This document shows positions 48,939-58,537 of a DNA stretch of 64,000 nt, in pieces. Below the pieces are notes generated by a model that was given only the letters and a program-made list of their open reading frames with translations, did not search any database and was not told the DNA's origin. This stretch comes from Bdellovibrionales bacterium. Its GTDB lineage: Bacteria; Bdellovibrionota; Bdellovibrionia; Bdellovibrionales; JAGQZY01. Position 1 is the first letter of the stretch, and the number at the start of each line of letters is the position of its first letter. The DNA is taken from positions 160,001 to 224,000 of the forward strand of contig JANPLN010000015.1 in the NCBI GenBank assembly GCA_031426555.1, in the 5' to 3' direction. The position numbers and the translations under genes are program-made.

Positions 48939-49361
48939 ATGATGGCTAAAAATGAAGTGCGGGAAGTTATAGATCGCGAGACTCGGGCTTGGACTGAAAA
49001 GTCGACGGATTTGCTTTTGTCGATATTTCATCCGGATATGGTTTGGGTGTGGCCGACCGACACGAAAAACTATGATCCTCTTTCGTGGAATATGCCTCAG
49101 GGTAAGTTTGATCACGATAAGTATCTTAAAATTTATTCCGATTGGTTTTCCAAATTCGAAATTGTAAAAAACGAACGCATCACCAGAAAAATCACGATGA
49201 CTACAGAGAATGATGGTGCATTTGCCGTTGTTGATATTGATACGCTATGGCGCTCCAAAGACGGTGAGGAATCTCATTGGTTTGGCCGTACGGGCAAGAC
49301 ATACGTTAAAACCAGCAACGGCTGGAAAATGATCAATCAAGTCGGTGTGTTCAATTTTTAA
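48939..49361 (+). CDS. NTF2/SnoaL-like (DUF4440-like) protein
   Basis: AW..K..D.L.SIFHPD.V; C-terminal beta strands ending GWKM. Confidence 0.7.
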   Translation: MMAKNEVREVIDRETRAWTEKSTDLLLSIFHPDMVWVWPTDTKNYDPLSWNMPQGKFDHDKYLKIYSDWFSKFEIVKNERITRKITMTTENDGAFAVVDIDTLWRSKDGEESHWFGRTGKTYVKTSNGWKMINQVGVFNF

Positions 49362-49520
49362 CTAAATGTTCGCCCTATGGTGGGAAATATCAAACTGAGT
49401 CGGACGAAACATTCATCAACGATTAAATCGTTATTCACGTCTCAAAATAAATCTCAATAGAAAAATTTTAGAAATAAAAGTTATTTATCGATAAGCTAGG
49501 GACTCAAGAAACCGGGGGGT

Positions 49521-51212
49521 TTGGTGAGATTTTATTTTTTTGGTACGGTAACGGTCTTTTCTTTCTTCACTCAAGCCGCATTTGCTTACACAAATAATGG
49601 TAACAACCCTGGCAACAACAATGCTTCGGGTTACAACGGTGGTGGCTCATCACGAGGTTCCACCAGCACAGGCTCTACGCGCTCTGGCTCTACGAGCACT
49701 TCAAGTTCCTCGCGAAGCAACACCGGTAACAACCCTGGCAATAACAATGCTGCAGGTTACAATGGTGGGACATCTCGGAGTTCAAGCAGCACAGGCTCTA
49801 CGCGCTCTGGCTCTACGAGTACTTCAAGTTCCTCGCGAAGAAACACCGGTAACAATCCGGGCAACAACAATGCTTCAGGTTACAACGGTGGTGGCTCATC
49901 ACGAAGTTCAAGCAGCACAGGCTCTACGCGCTCTGGCTCTACAAGTACTTCAAGTTCTTCGCGAAGCAACACCGGTAACAACCCAGGCAATAACAACGCT
50001 GCAGGTTATAACGGCGGCACTCGAAGTTCATCAAGCTCAGGAAGTTCGACTTCCATGACTCGCGCAGAAGCGCAGAGATACACATCATCAGTCTCGACGG
50101 GAACGGCAAGAACAACTGCGCCAACCATGACGCGCGCCCAGGCGCAGGGGTATACATCGGCAATGAGTTATGCGGGAACCCCCGAGGGTGTTCGCAGAGC
50201 CAATCAAGCCGCTGTGCTGTCGGGGTTTAGAAATGCGGAGGCAAGCTATAGAGGTCCTGCAGCCGGTACTGATTTATTTTCGGGAACTGGTCACTTGAAC
50301 GATTATCAACGATCATTTTATCGAGGTGTGCACCAGCACTACACGCGGGCCGGTGTGGACCCCACACAACAACAAGTGGCTAGCGGACCGCTGCAAGACA
50401 TGCTGAGCGTCCACGGAACCAACGTTACGCCGTATGACGCGCAGTTTGCGAGAGCACTGGACGACGGGTACCGACGTGGGTTGGTTTCCATTTCGGTGCC
50501 AGGTCGAACATTTGATGGAGCACTGTTAAACGATCTCGCTCCAGCCCAACGATTTGCTCTGCAAAATTCGGTGGTGGTCGTCGGTGATGGTCAGTTTCTC
50601 ATGGAAAGCGTCCAGCTCACTGGAGCCAATGGGTATTCATCAGGATCCGTGTTTTCAAGGGCGGCCACTGGCGGTCTTGTTGTTGTTAACCAGACAAGTC
50701 TTAACTTTACTTCGCGGACGCGGCGAGAGTTTGTTCAGGATACACTTTATCATGAACTGGATCACGCCGCCGACCATGCCATTCGCGCCCATTCAAGAGC
50801 TGTCCTCGACGGACGAGTTCCAGGGGTGACAGCACGAGATCTTCAGTTGGCAGAAGAAGCCCACGCTTTAACTACCGCCTTGACCAATCGAACGCTGGTT
50901 TCACAAATTGAAAATGTAACCATCGAAAACGGCGTGGTTGTTACTGAAGACACCGCCCGCCGAATCGCGGCCGTGAATCCCGATTTTTTGGTGAAGGACG
51001 AGTATTATATGCGGCTGAACGAGATGGAATCTTATTTTAGTCAACCAAATGTACCGGTCGAGGATCTCGCGGAGCGACTGTCTATGACGAGCAATTCGGG
51101 GCTGACTCAGCAAGAGGCGCGAGAAATCGCCCAGATTTTAAGTGAGAGCCCAGCTTTGGGCCTCGTGCGCGACGTTACAAATTCCTATGCTGAACAACAT
51201 TTAAAACCATAA
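49521..51212 (+). CDS. Secreted protein with N-terminal Asn/Gly/Ser/Thr tandem repeats and a C-terminal HExxH (putative Zn-metallopeptidase) domain
   Basis: Signal peptide ending AAFA; repeat units; TLYHELDH motif with a downstream NEMESY. Confidence 0.75.
   Translation: MVRFYFFGTVTVFSFFTQAAFAYTNNGNNPGNNNASGYNGGGSSRGSTSTGSTRSGSTSTSSSSRSNTGNNPGNNNAAGYNGGTSRSSSSTGSTRSGSTSTSSSSRRNTGNNPGNNNASGYNGGGSSRSSSSTGSTRSGSTSTSSSSRSNTGNNPGNNNAAGYNGGTRSSSSSGSSTSMTRAEAQRYTSSVSTGTARTTAPTMTRAQAQGYTSAMSYAGTPEGVRRANQAAVLSGFRNAEASYRGPAAGTDLFSGTGHLNDYQRSFYRGVHQHYTRAGVDPTQQQVASGPLQDMLSVHGTNVTPYDAQFARALDDGYRRGLVSISVPGRTFDGALLNDLAPAQRFALQNSVVVVGDGQFLMESVQLTGANGYSSGSVFSRAATGGLVVVNQTSLNFTSRTRREFVQDTLYHELDHAADHAIRAHSRAVLDGRVPGVTARDLQLAEEAHALTTALTNRTLVSQIENVTIENGVVVTEDTARRIAAVNPDFLVKDEYYMRLNEMESYFSQPNVPVEDLAERLSMTSNSGLTQQEAREIAQILSESPALGLVRDVTNSYAEQHLKP
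49599..50040 (+). repeat. Coding tandem repeat with 126/123/126 bp units plus a partial fourth
   Basis: Units start at 49599, 49725, 49848 and 49974 (GNNPGNNNA[S/A]GYNGG...STGSTRSGSTSTSSSSR.NT). Confidence 0.95.
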
Positions 51213-51226
51213 TTGAGGGGCTACCA

Positions 51227-51868
51227 ATGAAAACTATTTCTAAAAAAGCAATCATGATAAGCACCTTCCTTGCAATCATCTCCGGTACAACTTTCTTATT
51301 TTTTAACGCAACACTCTTCGATCGCACGTTGAGTGAGTTGATCCAAGAATCAAATAAAATTGAAAGATTGCTAAACACAAAGAGAAATCGGAGCGAAGCG
51401 AGCAAGGGATTGCTACGGGAGCACCAAGAAAGTATTAGCAACGTTATCGCCTTTAGAGCGAAAGCAAAAAGTTGCAGAGAATTGATCCGCAGAGATAAAA
51501 ATCTGAAAACTGGAATCTATACGCTGTATCCTAATGACGCCGAAATTGCAGGGACTCCCGTTTTTTGCAACATAGAAGGTCGCACTGTAACTGAGATCGC
51601 CGTACAAACAAAATTGGTCAAATCCAAACAGCAGTTGGCGATTGAACAGCAAGCTGCACAAGCCCAACGAAACGCTGAGGAAGCAGCGCAAGCGGCCGAG
51701 GCGGCTCGAGTTGCACAAGAAGCGGTAGAAGCTGCAAGGGTTGCCGATTTAGCAAGAGCAGCAGCAGCAGCTCGAATCTCTCAAGCGGCCAAAGCGAAAG
51801 CTTACAAAGATATGTTATACAAGAAGGATTTAATGGGTACTTCCAGCCGTTCAGGGAATAGCCGCTGA
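51227..51868 (+). CDS. Membrane-anchored protein with fibrinogen-like subdomain and Ala-rich coiled coil
   Basis: N-terminal TM; SCRELI..K.GIYTLYP..VFCN; repeated EAARVA. Confidence 0.55.
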   Translation: MKTISKKAIMISTFLAIISGTTFLFFNATLFDRTLSELIQESNKIERLLNTKRNRSEASKGLLREHQESISNVIAFRAKAKSCRELIRRDKNLKTGIYTLYPNDAEIAGTPVFCNIEGRTVTEIAVQTKLVKSKQQLAIEQQAAQAQRNAEEAAQAAEAARVAQEAVEAARVADLARAAAAARISQAAKAKAYKDMLYKKDLMGTSSRSGNSR

Positions 51869-53233
51869 TGAAGCCATAGATGTCTGTGATATTTTGTGGG
51901 AGCACGCGACCCAAAAGTCCGCGAGTTCGGGAAACACTTCGATCAATGAATGCCCACGCTTGCGGTCGTTGGCTGAAAACCAATTAAAAAACTCAAGCAT
52001 TTGCATATCATTTGGCTGTTGAGAGGCAAGGGCACGACTCATTTCACTTAAATCTTTGCGAAAATTCTTCCAAGATCCATTCACGGCTGTGGCTAAATCC
52101 ATTTCATCTTCCACAGTTTCTAAAAAGTGACTGGCGTCATCAAGAGACTTCGAAAAGCTCGGCGGAAGAGACAAAAAGGAATGTACGGCTGGTTCGGTAA
52201 CGACAATTTTTTTAATGTAAATAGGTACGTTAAAGTGTTTAGACTTTTGATAAAGGTACTCAAAGAAACCCTTCAAGGTAGAAACGCTCAAGGCGCTCAC
52301 AGCAATCAAAAAAGAAATATGAAAATTTTCGGTCTTCAAACTCAACAGTTGGTTTAAATTTTCATCCCAGCGCTGCCAGTCCAGGCCGAAACGAATGTAC
52401 TCCGCCCTTTTGCCAACGCTATCCATGCTGAGATAAAGTTTAACATTAAAAAACTCGGTGAGCTCTGGCAAAATTTGTTTGAAGTTGTCTATTTGCTTCT
52501 GACTCAAGTTCAAATTTGTGATGATCGCTAAGTCAATTTGGTATCTTTTTACTTTTTTATCTTTCGCGAGGTTCAGCAGCCGATAGATTAACGGATAAAA
52601 GTCTTTATTCAAAAAAGGCTCTCCACCAATGAGCGAGATCGTATCGATTTCGTGGATGGCGCCGTGCTCAAGCCAGTTCCAAAAAACATCTTTTAATTCA
52701 TGAACCTGTTGCACGTTTTCTGGGGTGGGGGTTTGCTTTTTTCCTAAACCAAATCGAATATTTTCCTGTTCCCATAACGAGCTGAACTGTTCGCTGCAGT
52801 AAATGCACTTCATGTTACAGGTGTTATCGAGCACAATCTCTAAAGTGTAGGGAGCATTGCTGGACGTTAAATCTTTTTCTTTTCGCAAACGGCGAAGGTG
52901 GTCAGCATCTGATTCGTGCAAGCGTTGTCCGCCGGGATCGATATAATCCGAAAATTTCTTCGCGTGATTGCGGAAGCTGGCAATGCCTTTGTCTTCAAGT
53001 TGCCAGCAAGCTGAACATTCTTGGTGGCGAACGCCATCGAGCATTTCTTGGCGGCGCTTAAGAATCAGATCGTTTTTGCTAAAGTAAGCTTCGCCTTTTT
53101 GGCGCAACTCTAAAAAATCCACTTTGTGCGCAGGAGTTTTGCAGCAATGTCTAAATTCCAAACGGTCAAAATTGATGATGGGGTAATTCCAACGGTAGGT
53201 GCAAACTGATAGGGTGGGATCCGGTTTTTCCAT
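51851..53233 (-). CDS. Radical SAM protein with N-terminal twitch domain (#12, outside the main cluster)
   Basis: VCTYRW..HCC..CSACW; CNMKCIYC; IGGEPF; ITNL; SMDS; EYIRFG..W; ATG at 53233 with GAGGGG RBS. Confidence 0.88.
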   Translation of the reverse strand: MEKPDPTLSVCTYRWNYPIINFDRLEFRHCCKTPAHKVDFLELRQKGEAYFSKNDLILKRRQEMLDGVRHQECSACWQLEDKGIASFRNHAKKFSDYIDPGGQRLHESDADHLRRLRKEKDLTSSNAPYTLEIVLDNTCNMKCIYCSEQFSSLWEQENIRFGLGKKQTPTPENVQQVHELKDVFWNWLEHGAIHEIDTISLIGGEPFLNKDFYPLIYRLLNLAKDKKVKRYQIDLAIITNLNLSQKQIDNFKQILPELTEFFNVKLYLSMDSVGKRAEYIRFGLDWQRWDENLNQLLSLKTENFHISFLIAVSALSVSTLKGFFEYLYQKSKHFNVPIYIKKIVVTEPAVHSFLSLPPSFSKSLDDASHFLETVEDEMDLATAVNGSWKNFRKDLSEMSRALASQQPNDMQMLEFFNWFSANDRKRGHSLIEVFPELADFWVACSHKISQTSMASSAAIP

Positions 53234-53244
53234 GGTCCCCTCGA

Positions 53245-53931
53245 TCACGAGTCACAAAAGTTGATAAGCACGTCGGTAAATCGATTCAGTTCTAAGATTT
53301 CGTCATGGCTACCGCCCAGGTCAGGATGAAACACCCGGGCTAATTTTTTTCGCGCCAAACCCACAGCCTCGGCACTCAATGAGTCCGCCAATGCAAAACC
53401 ATTCTCGGAAAAATACCGCAAAGCCTCAGCGACGTTGTCCGGAAAGAGCGGGGCCATCGGCGTTTTGGCGTTCTTGGTTTTTTTAAATTTTTGCGCCCGT
53501 TCTTTTTGGAGCTGGTATTGCTGTTTTCGGTAGTCGGCTTGTTTTAATTTGTAAGCCGCCTGGGAGTCGATTTGCGTTTGCGAAAGCTTTGGTCTCAGGG
53601 CCTCTGGCGCTGAAGTGGCATCCGCAGTTGTAAGTTCGGTTTTACCGGAAAAAAAATCAGGATTTTTTTCTTCCACCACCATCATGGTGGCCCAAATGTG
53701 TTTGCACAAATTCCCTTTTTTTCCTAGTGGGCAATTGCAAAAAGCCGTCAAAAGGGGGCTATCGATGGAGGGGCTTTTTAACTGCACTTTTAACGACGTA
53801 GAGGCTCGAATGTAAGCCAGAAGCTCGGTATCCGTAGCACGCATCAGCGCCACCTGCCCCTTGTTGACAAAGGCCTGCCCCGCACTACGCACCTCAGATT
53901 TGAAAAAATCCACCCAAGTTTCAATCGCCAT
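53245..53931 (-). CDS. SWIM zinc-finger protein with C-terminal J-domain-like (HPD) helix pair
   Basis: CNCP..LCKHIWA (CxC...CxH); ARKKLARVFHPDLGGS...LN. Confidence 0.75.
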   Translation of the reverse strand: MAIETWVDFFKSEVRSAGQAFVNKGQVALMRATDTELLAYIRASTSLKVQLKSPSIDSPLLTAFCNCPLGKKGNLCKHIWATMMVVEEKNPDFFSGKTELTTADATSAPEALRPKLSQTQIDSQAAYKLKQADYRKQQYQLQKERAQKFKKTKNAKTPMAPLFPDNVAEALRYFSENGFALADSLSAEAVGLARKKLARVFHPDLGGSHDEILELNRFTDVLINFCDS

Positions 53932-54031
53932 ATTTTAGATTTACCGCGAAGTTGTTCCCAAGGACAAACAAATTAATGGCCCTTTAGCTGGACACACTTA
54001 ATTTTTCTCACATATTTCCGATAACGTATTC

Positions 54032-55243
54032 GTGAATCGAACTTATTTTTGCAAGAAAGCTATTATACTTCAAAGCCTTTGCCTGCTGATCCTTTTCGGT
54101 TGTTCGAGCAATACCTCTGTTTCAATTTGGGACACAAGTTTTAACGGATCCAGCTATAAAACTTTTTTCCAAGTTATATTCGACACAACTATCCAAGGCT
54201 TCTCCTTAACGCCAGACGGTAACTATGCCGGTGGGGCGAATGGCCTTTTTGCTTTTGGCGAAAAACAGGTTTGGCGAGTGAAACCCAACGCAGCCCTCGA
54301 CACAAGCTTTGGGGGAACCGGCATAATCACCTTAAGTAACGCTATCGTAAAAGGCATCGAGGACACATTGGTGACCGCCGATGGAAAAATGCTCGTTTGC
54401 GGACTATCTGCAGTTGGCGATGCGATGTTTGTGATGCGACTGAATGTGGATGGGAGTTTAGACACCTCCTTCAATGGAACAGGCTACATGACCCACAGCT
54501 CCGCTGCAGGTGGAAACTACGATTTCGCAAAGACAATTTCTGTGGACGGTAATGGCAAAATCGTTGTTGCAGGAACTTCGAAAGATGCCGGAGGTGATCC
54601 CGATTTTGCTGTTTGGCGAATCAATACGGATGGTACGCTCGACTCCACATTTAACGGGACAGGTTTTACTTCTGTGGACCTTGGGTTGGGAGACGAGTCG
54701 GCAGTGGATATTGCCATTGAATCTTCTGGGAGGATCGTCGTTTTAGGTTCGTATGTGAGCGGGGGCACAAATTACATGGCTCACTTCCGACTCAGTGCAA
54801 ACGGCATTTTGGATAACATCTACGATACAGCATTTGTGAGCGCAAGGCTTAGGGGAGGGACCATTGCACTTGATTCAGCGGACAACTCGTATGTAACGGC
54901 AAATTTTTCAATACTAAAGTTCGATCCAAATGGAAACTTGCAATTAACGTTTGCGACAAGCACGAGCACAGCATCCTCAGTTTCCAATATTGTTGTGATG
55001 CCGGATGATCGTATTTTCGCGATCTATAGCTATTCGGACCCAGTAAGTATCGCGCGATTTACAACGGAAGGTGTCTTTAAAGGATCCCACCGGTTTCCAC
55101 AAATACCAAACCCCTACGGTGGTACCGCCGACTTAGGCTGGAACTCTTTAATCAGTGATGGGGCAGGAAAACTGGTCATCGCTGGAACTATTTACTACGA
55201 TATCGATTCAAACCTTACCCTGTGGCGTCTTTTCGAGTTTTAA
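54032..55243 (+). CDS. Lipoprotein with delta-60-type beta-propeller repeats
   Basis: LLILFG-C lipobox; repeated R.N.DG.LD.(S/T)F.GTG and DGK.(L/V)V.G. Confidence 0.8.
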   Translation: MNRTYFCKKAIILQSLCLLILFGCSSNTSVSIWDTSFNGSSYKTFFQVIFDTTIQGFSLTPDGNYAGGANGLFAFGEKQVWRVKPNAALDTSFGGTGIITLSNAIVKGIEDTLVTADGKMLVCGLSAVGDAMFVMRLNVDGSLDTSFNGTGYMTHSSAAGGNYDFAKTISVDGNGKIVVAGTSKDAGGDPDFAVWRINTDGTLDSTFNGTGFTSVDLGLGDESAVDIAIESSGRIVVLGSYVSGGTNYMAHFRLSANGILDNIYDTAFVSARLRGGTIALDSADNSYVTANFSILKFDPNGNLQLTFATSTSTASSVSNIVVMPDDRIFAIYSYSDPVSIARFTTEGVFKGSHRFPQIPNPYGGTADLGWNSLISDGAGKLVIAGTIYYDIDSNLTLWRLFEF

Positions 55244-55334
55244 AGCAAATAATTTGCCATTTTGACCCTCAGATATTGACCAGAAGGGGATTTTTATCCA
55301 ATATGGGGCCCAAATCTTTAACGAGGAACAAATT

Positions 55335-55796
55335 ATGCGAGCAATGGGTGAATTTCCGGTACATATTTTGACAAAAGGCATCGAAGCAAAAAAGGCATTG
55401 ATGGCCGAAGGTAAAACCGAAGAGGAAATCTCGGCAGCCATTGGCGAAACGTTTAAATACAGCGAAGGCAAGTTGAAAAACTTTATCACGGCCGTTGGCA
55501 TTGTTGAGCCTAAAACCGAAAAGCTGTATCGCGTGCGCATTTTCGCTTTTAACGAAGGCGAAAAAGTTCCTGAAGATGCAGTTAAAGTGGAAGAGCTTCA
55601 TTTTGTTGCTGAGTACTTTGGCGACAAGCCAACGGGAGCAGCGCCAGTGACCGAAAAAGTAAGTCGCAGCGGCGGCGCCAAAAAAGATCGTCCTCGCGGA
55701 CCAAAAGCCTCTCCATGGGGTCTTTCGCCCGAAGAAATCAATGCTAAAAAAGAGGCCAGCCTCCGCGCTCAGGCCGCCAAAGCGAAACCCTCTTAA
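55335..55796 (+). CDS. Hypothetical protein
   Basis: GAGGA RBS; natural amino-acid composition; terminator at the stop codon. Confidence 0.75.
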   Translation: MRAMGEFPVHILTKGIEAKKALMAEGKTEEEISAAIGETFKYSEGKLKNFITAVGIVEPKTEKLYRVRIFAFNEGEKVPEDAVKVEELHFVAEYFGDKPTGAAPVTEKVSRSGGAKKDRPRGPKASPWGLSPEEINAKKEASLRAQAAKAKPS

Positions 55797-55809
55797 GGAG
55801 GGTTTTTTT
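55785..55809 (+). terminator. Intrinsic terminator overlapping the stop codon
   Basis: AAACCCTC-TTAAG-GAGGGTTT followed by a T run. Confidence 0.65.
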
Positions 55810-55816
55810 AAGCAGC

Positions 55817-58201
55817 ATGGGGTTCTCTGAACTTCTTAAGCGAATCATGTCGTTTTATCAGCTTCAGCCTGTAACAGACGCTGATCAGGGACAAATTTGG
55901 CTGATGAAGACCCTCGATATATTTCCAAAGCCATTTTTCCTGGTGGACTATCAACAAAAGCGAGTGTCCTTTACCAATGCGGCGGCTCGCCAAATGCTAG
56001 GGCTGGAATATGCCACGCGAAGTATTGCCGAAATCTATGGGAAAGAACTTTCGGTTTTCGACACCGACGGCGTGTTAGTCCCCATGGGCAACCTGCCCAG
56101 CGCTCGCGTGGCTCGTGGAGAAAAAGTAGAGGGTGAAGAATTTCTTTTAACGACGCCCAACGGCCAATTTAATATCAAAGTCTATTCTGGAGAAATTCCA
56201 AAAATGCACAATCGGCCGGCGGTGGGGCTGATTATTTTTCAAGACATCACGGAGCTCAAGGCAACAGAAAGCAATTTACTCCAGGCGCAGTCGGATTTAA
56301 ACGAAGCGGTAGAAACTGCCATGGTGGGATTTTGGAGTTTGGACAAACAAACAAACAAAATAATCATCAGCAAGCAACTCGAAAAACAATTTGGTTTGGC
56401 TGAGGGTGACTTCGATGGAACGTTGCAATCGGTTATGACCCACATTCATCCCGACGACGTGGAGCGTGTTGAAAAAGAAATCCAGAAAAGTCTTACCACC
56501 GGAGCTCCTTACCGCATTGAATATCGCGTGCGACACAAGGATGGTAGCATTCGTTGGATCGAAGCCAAAAGTGGAACCACCGGCGATAAAACAATTGATA
56601 GCCATCGGTTTGCCGGAACAACTCTCGACATCACCGAGAGGGTCAACAGCCGGTTGCAGCTGGAGGCCAGCGAACGCGAGTTTCGTTTACTTGCGGACTC
56701 CATGCCGCAGATTGTATGGAGCGCCGATCCACAAGGTCAGCTCGATTATTTCAATAAGGTGTGGTTTGACTACAGCGGTTCCACCTACGAAATCAACAAA
56801 GGGGCGGGATGGGCTCAGTTTGTTCATCCCGAAGATATGCCCCAAACCCTCGAGCGCTGGAAAAATTCTTTGCAAACCAGTCAGCCCTACGAAAATGAAT
56901 TTCGCTTGCTCCATCGTTCGGGTGAGTATCGTTGGCATGTGGCTCGTGCGCGCGCCATTTTTAAAGAGTCTTCAGCCAACGAAGTAAAAAAATGGTACGG
57001 AACCAACACCGACATCCACGAGCAAAAGATTTTAACCGAAAAATTAGCCGAGGCTCGCACGACCGCCGAGCGGGCGAATTCGGCCAAATCGCAGTTTCTG
57101 GCAAATATGAGTCACGAAATTCGCACTCCGCTGGGAGCCATCATCGGCTTTTCGGAGCTGATCAAGGAGCGCGGACTCGAACAAAACCAGACAAGCGAAT
57201 TTATTTCGGTGATCGAGCGAAACTCCGCACAGCTGTTACGGATTATTGACGACATTTTAGATTTATCAAAAGTAGAAGCGGGCAAGATGCTCATCGAAAA
57301 TCTCGCGTTCTCGCTCCCAGAGATGCTGCGAGAATTCTCTGCCCAAATGAACTTCAAAGCGAGTGCTCGCGGAATTCGCTTTCAGCTCAAAGCAACAACT
57401 CCCATACCACAAACAATTATTTCCGACATCACCCGTCTTCGCCAGATTTTGATGAACGTCGTGGGAAACGCCATTAAGTTTACCGATAAAGGATTTGTGG
57501 AATTGCGAGTGAAGTTTGCAGACACTCTTTTAGAATTCGAAGTGCAAGACACGGGACGTGGAATTTCAGAAGAGCAAAGAAAAATTCTTTTTCAACCCTT
57601 CACGCAAGCCGATGCATCGACCACCAGAAAGTATGGAGGTACGGGCCTGGGCCTCACTCTCACTCGCAGTCTTGCAGAGGCTCTCGGCGGAACCTTCGAT
57701 CTAAAACACAGCGAATTGGGCAGCGGCAGCACCTTTGTTGTACATCTGAAGGTGAAAACTCAAGTGGGAACAAGTCTCTATTCAGGATTTGCCGAGTCCA
57801 TGGCCGAAAGCAAACCTTTGGACAAGCAGGGACAGCTTGCAAGCTTGCAAGTGCTGTTGGTGGAAGATTCTCCCGACAATCAAACATTGATTTCCATTTA
57901 TCTCCATCGCGCCGGGGCGAGTGTTGATATCGCTTCCGACGGTGAGGAGGGCTGCAGGATGGCCACCTCTAAGGACTACGACATTGTGTTGATGGATGTG
58001 CAGATGCCAGTTATGGACGGTATTACCGCCGTAAAACACCTGCGAAAGCACGATTACAAAAAACCCATCATCGCCCTCACAGCCCATGCCATGAAAGAGG
58101 AGCGCGATCGTTGCCTCCAGGCGGGTTTCACCGAGTTTTTAACCAAACCTGTGGTGCGGGAAGATTTAGTTAATCTTCTCCATAGCTATAAGTCATTATA
58201 G
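55817..58201 (+). CDS. PAS-domain hybrid sensor histidine kinase / response regulator
   Basis: PAS/PAC (IHPDD, VHPED); FLANMSHEIRTPL; GNAIKFT; DTGRG; GGTGLGL; receiver domain VEDS, LMDVQMP. Confidence 0.95.
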   Translation: MGFSELLKRIMSFYQLQPVTDADQGQIWLMKTLDIFPKPFFLVDYQQKRVSFTNAAARQMLGLEYATRSIAEIYGKELSVFDTDGVLVPMGNLPSARVARGEKVEGEEFLLTTPNGQFNIKVYSGEIPKMHNRPAVGLIIFQDITELKATESNLLQAQSDLNEAVETAMVGFWSLDKQTNKIIISKQLEKQFGLAEGDFDGTLQSVMTHIHPDDVERVEKEIQKSLTTGAPYRIEYRVRHKDGSIRWIEAKSGTTGDKTIDSHRFAGTTLDITERVNSRLQLEASEREFRLLADSMPQIVWSADPQGQLDYFNKVWFDYSGSTYEINKGAGWAQFVHPEDMPQTLERWKNSLQTSQPYENEFRLLHRSGEYRWHVARARAIFKESSANEVKKWYGTNTDIHEQKILTEKLAEARTTAERANSAKSQFLANMSHEIRTPLGAIIGFSELIKERGLEQNQTSEFISVIERNSAQLLRIIDDILDLSKVEAGKMLIENLAFSLPEMLREFSAQMNFKASARGIRFQLKATTPIPQTIISDITRLRQILMNVVGNAIKFTDKGFVELRVKFADTLLEFEVQDTGRGISEEQRKILFQPFTQADASTTRKYGGTGLGLTLTRSLAEALGGTFDLKHSELGSGSTFVVHLKVKTQVGTSLYSGFAESMAESKPLDKQGQLASLQVLLVEDSPDNQTLISIYLHRAGASVDIASDGEEGCRMATSKDYDIVLMDVQMPVMDGITAVKHLRKHDYKKPIIALTAHAMKEERDRCLQAGFTEFLTKPVVREDLVNLLHSYKSL

Positions 58202-58331
58202 CTCTTAAAGCCTTTATTTGTGCGCTTCTGAGACACAAGTGTCTCTGACTGATGCACGAGATGAAAAAATCTTTATAAGAGGTCCAGGTCGAGATATTCT
58301 GGTTAAGTAATAAAAGTTCATAGGGGGGATC

Positions 58332-58529
58332 ATGAACGGACTATTAACAAGTTTAGAACAATTGCAATACGACACGCGACCAATAGTGTACGCCGCGCTC
58401 GCGCTTTATTCATTTATGAATTATCGAGCCGTAGAGATACTGTTGTATTGTGGAATTGCGCTCAGCTTTTGCTGTATTTACGTTCTTCGCAAAAGATTCT
58501 TTAGCTATTCAACAGTGAACATTAAGTAG
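58332..58529 (+). CDS. Small membrane protein (tandem paralog 1)
   Basis: GGGGGG RBS; two hydrophobic segments; similar to the next ORF. Confidence 0.7.
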   Translation: MNGLLTSLEQLQYDTRPIVYAALALYSFMNYRAVEILLYCGIALSFCCIYVLRKRFFSYSTVNIK

Positions 58530-58537
58530 GATGTCCC

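Noticed and set aside
49599..50040. CRISPR array
   Set aside because: Units are in-frame multiples of 3 inside an ORF, the intervening parts are also repeated (no unique spacers), and no cas genes are present.
49582..50058. Alternative-frame 158 aa repetitive ORF
   Set aside because: Shadow of the coding repeat. Variation between units is synonymous in the 49521 frame, which also carries the signal peptide.
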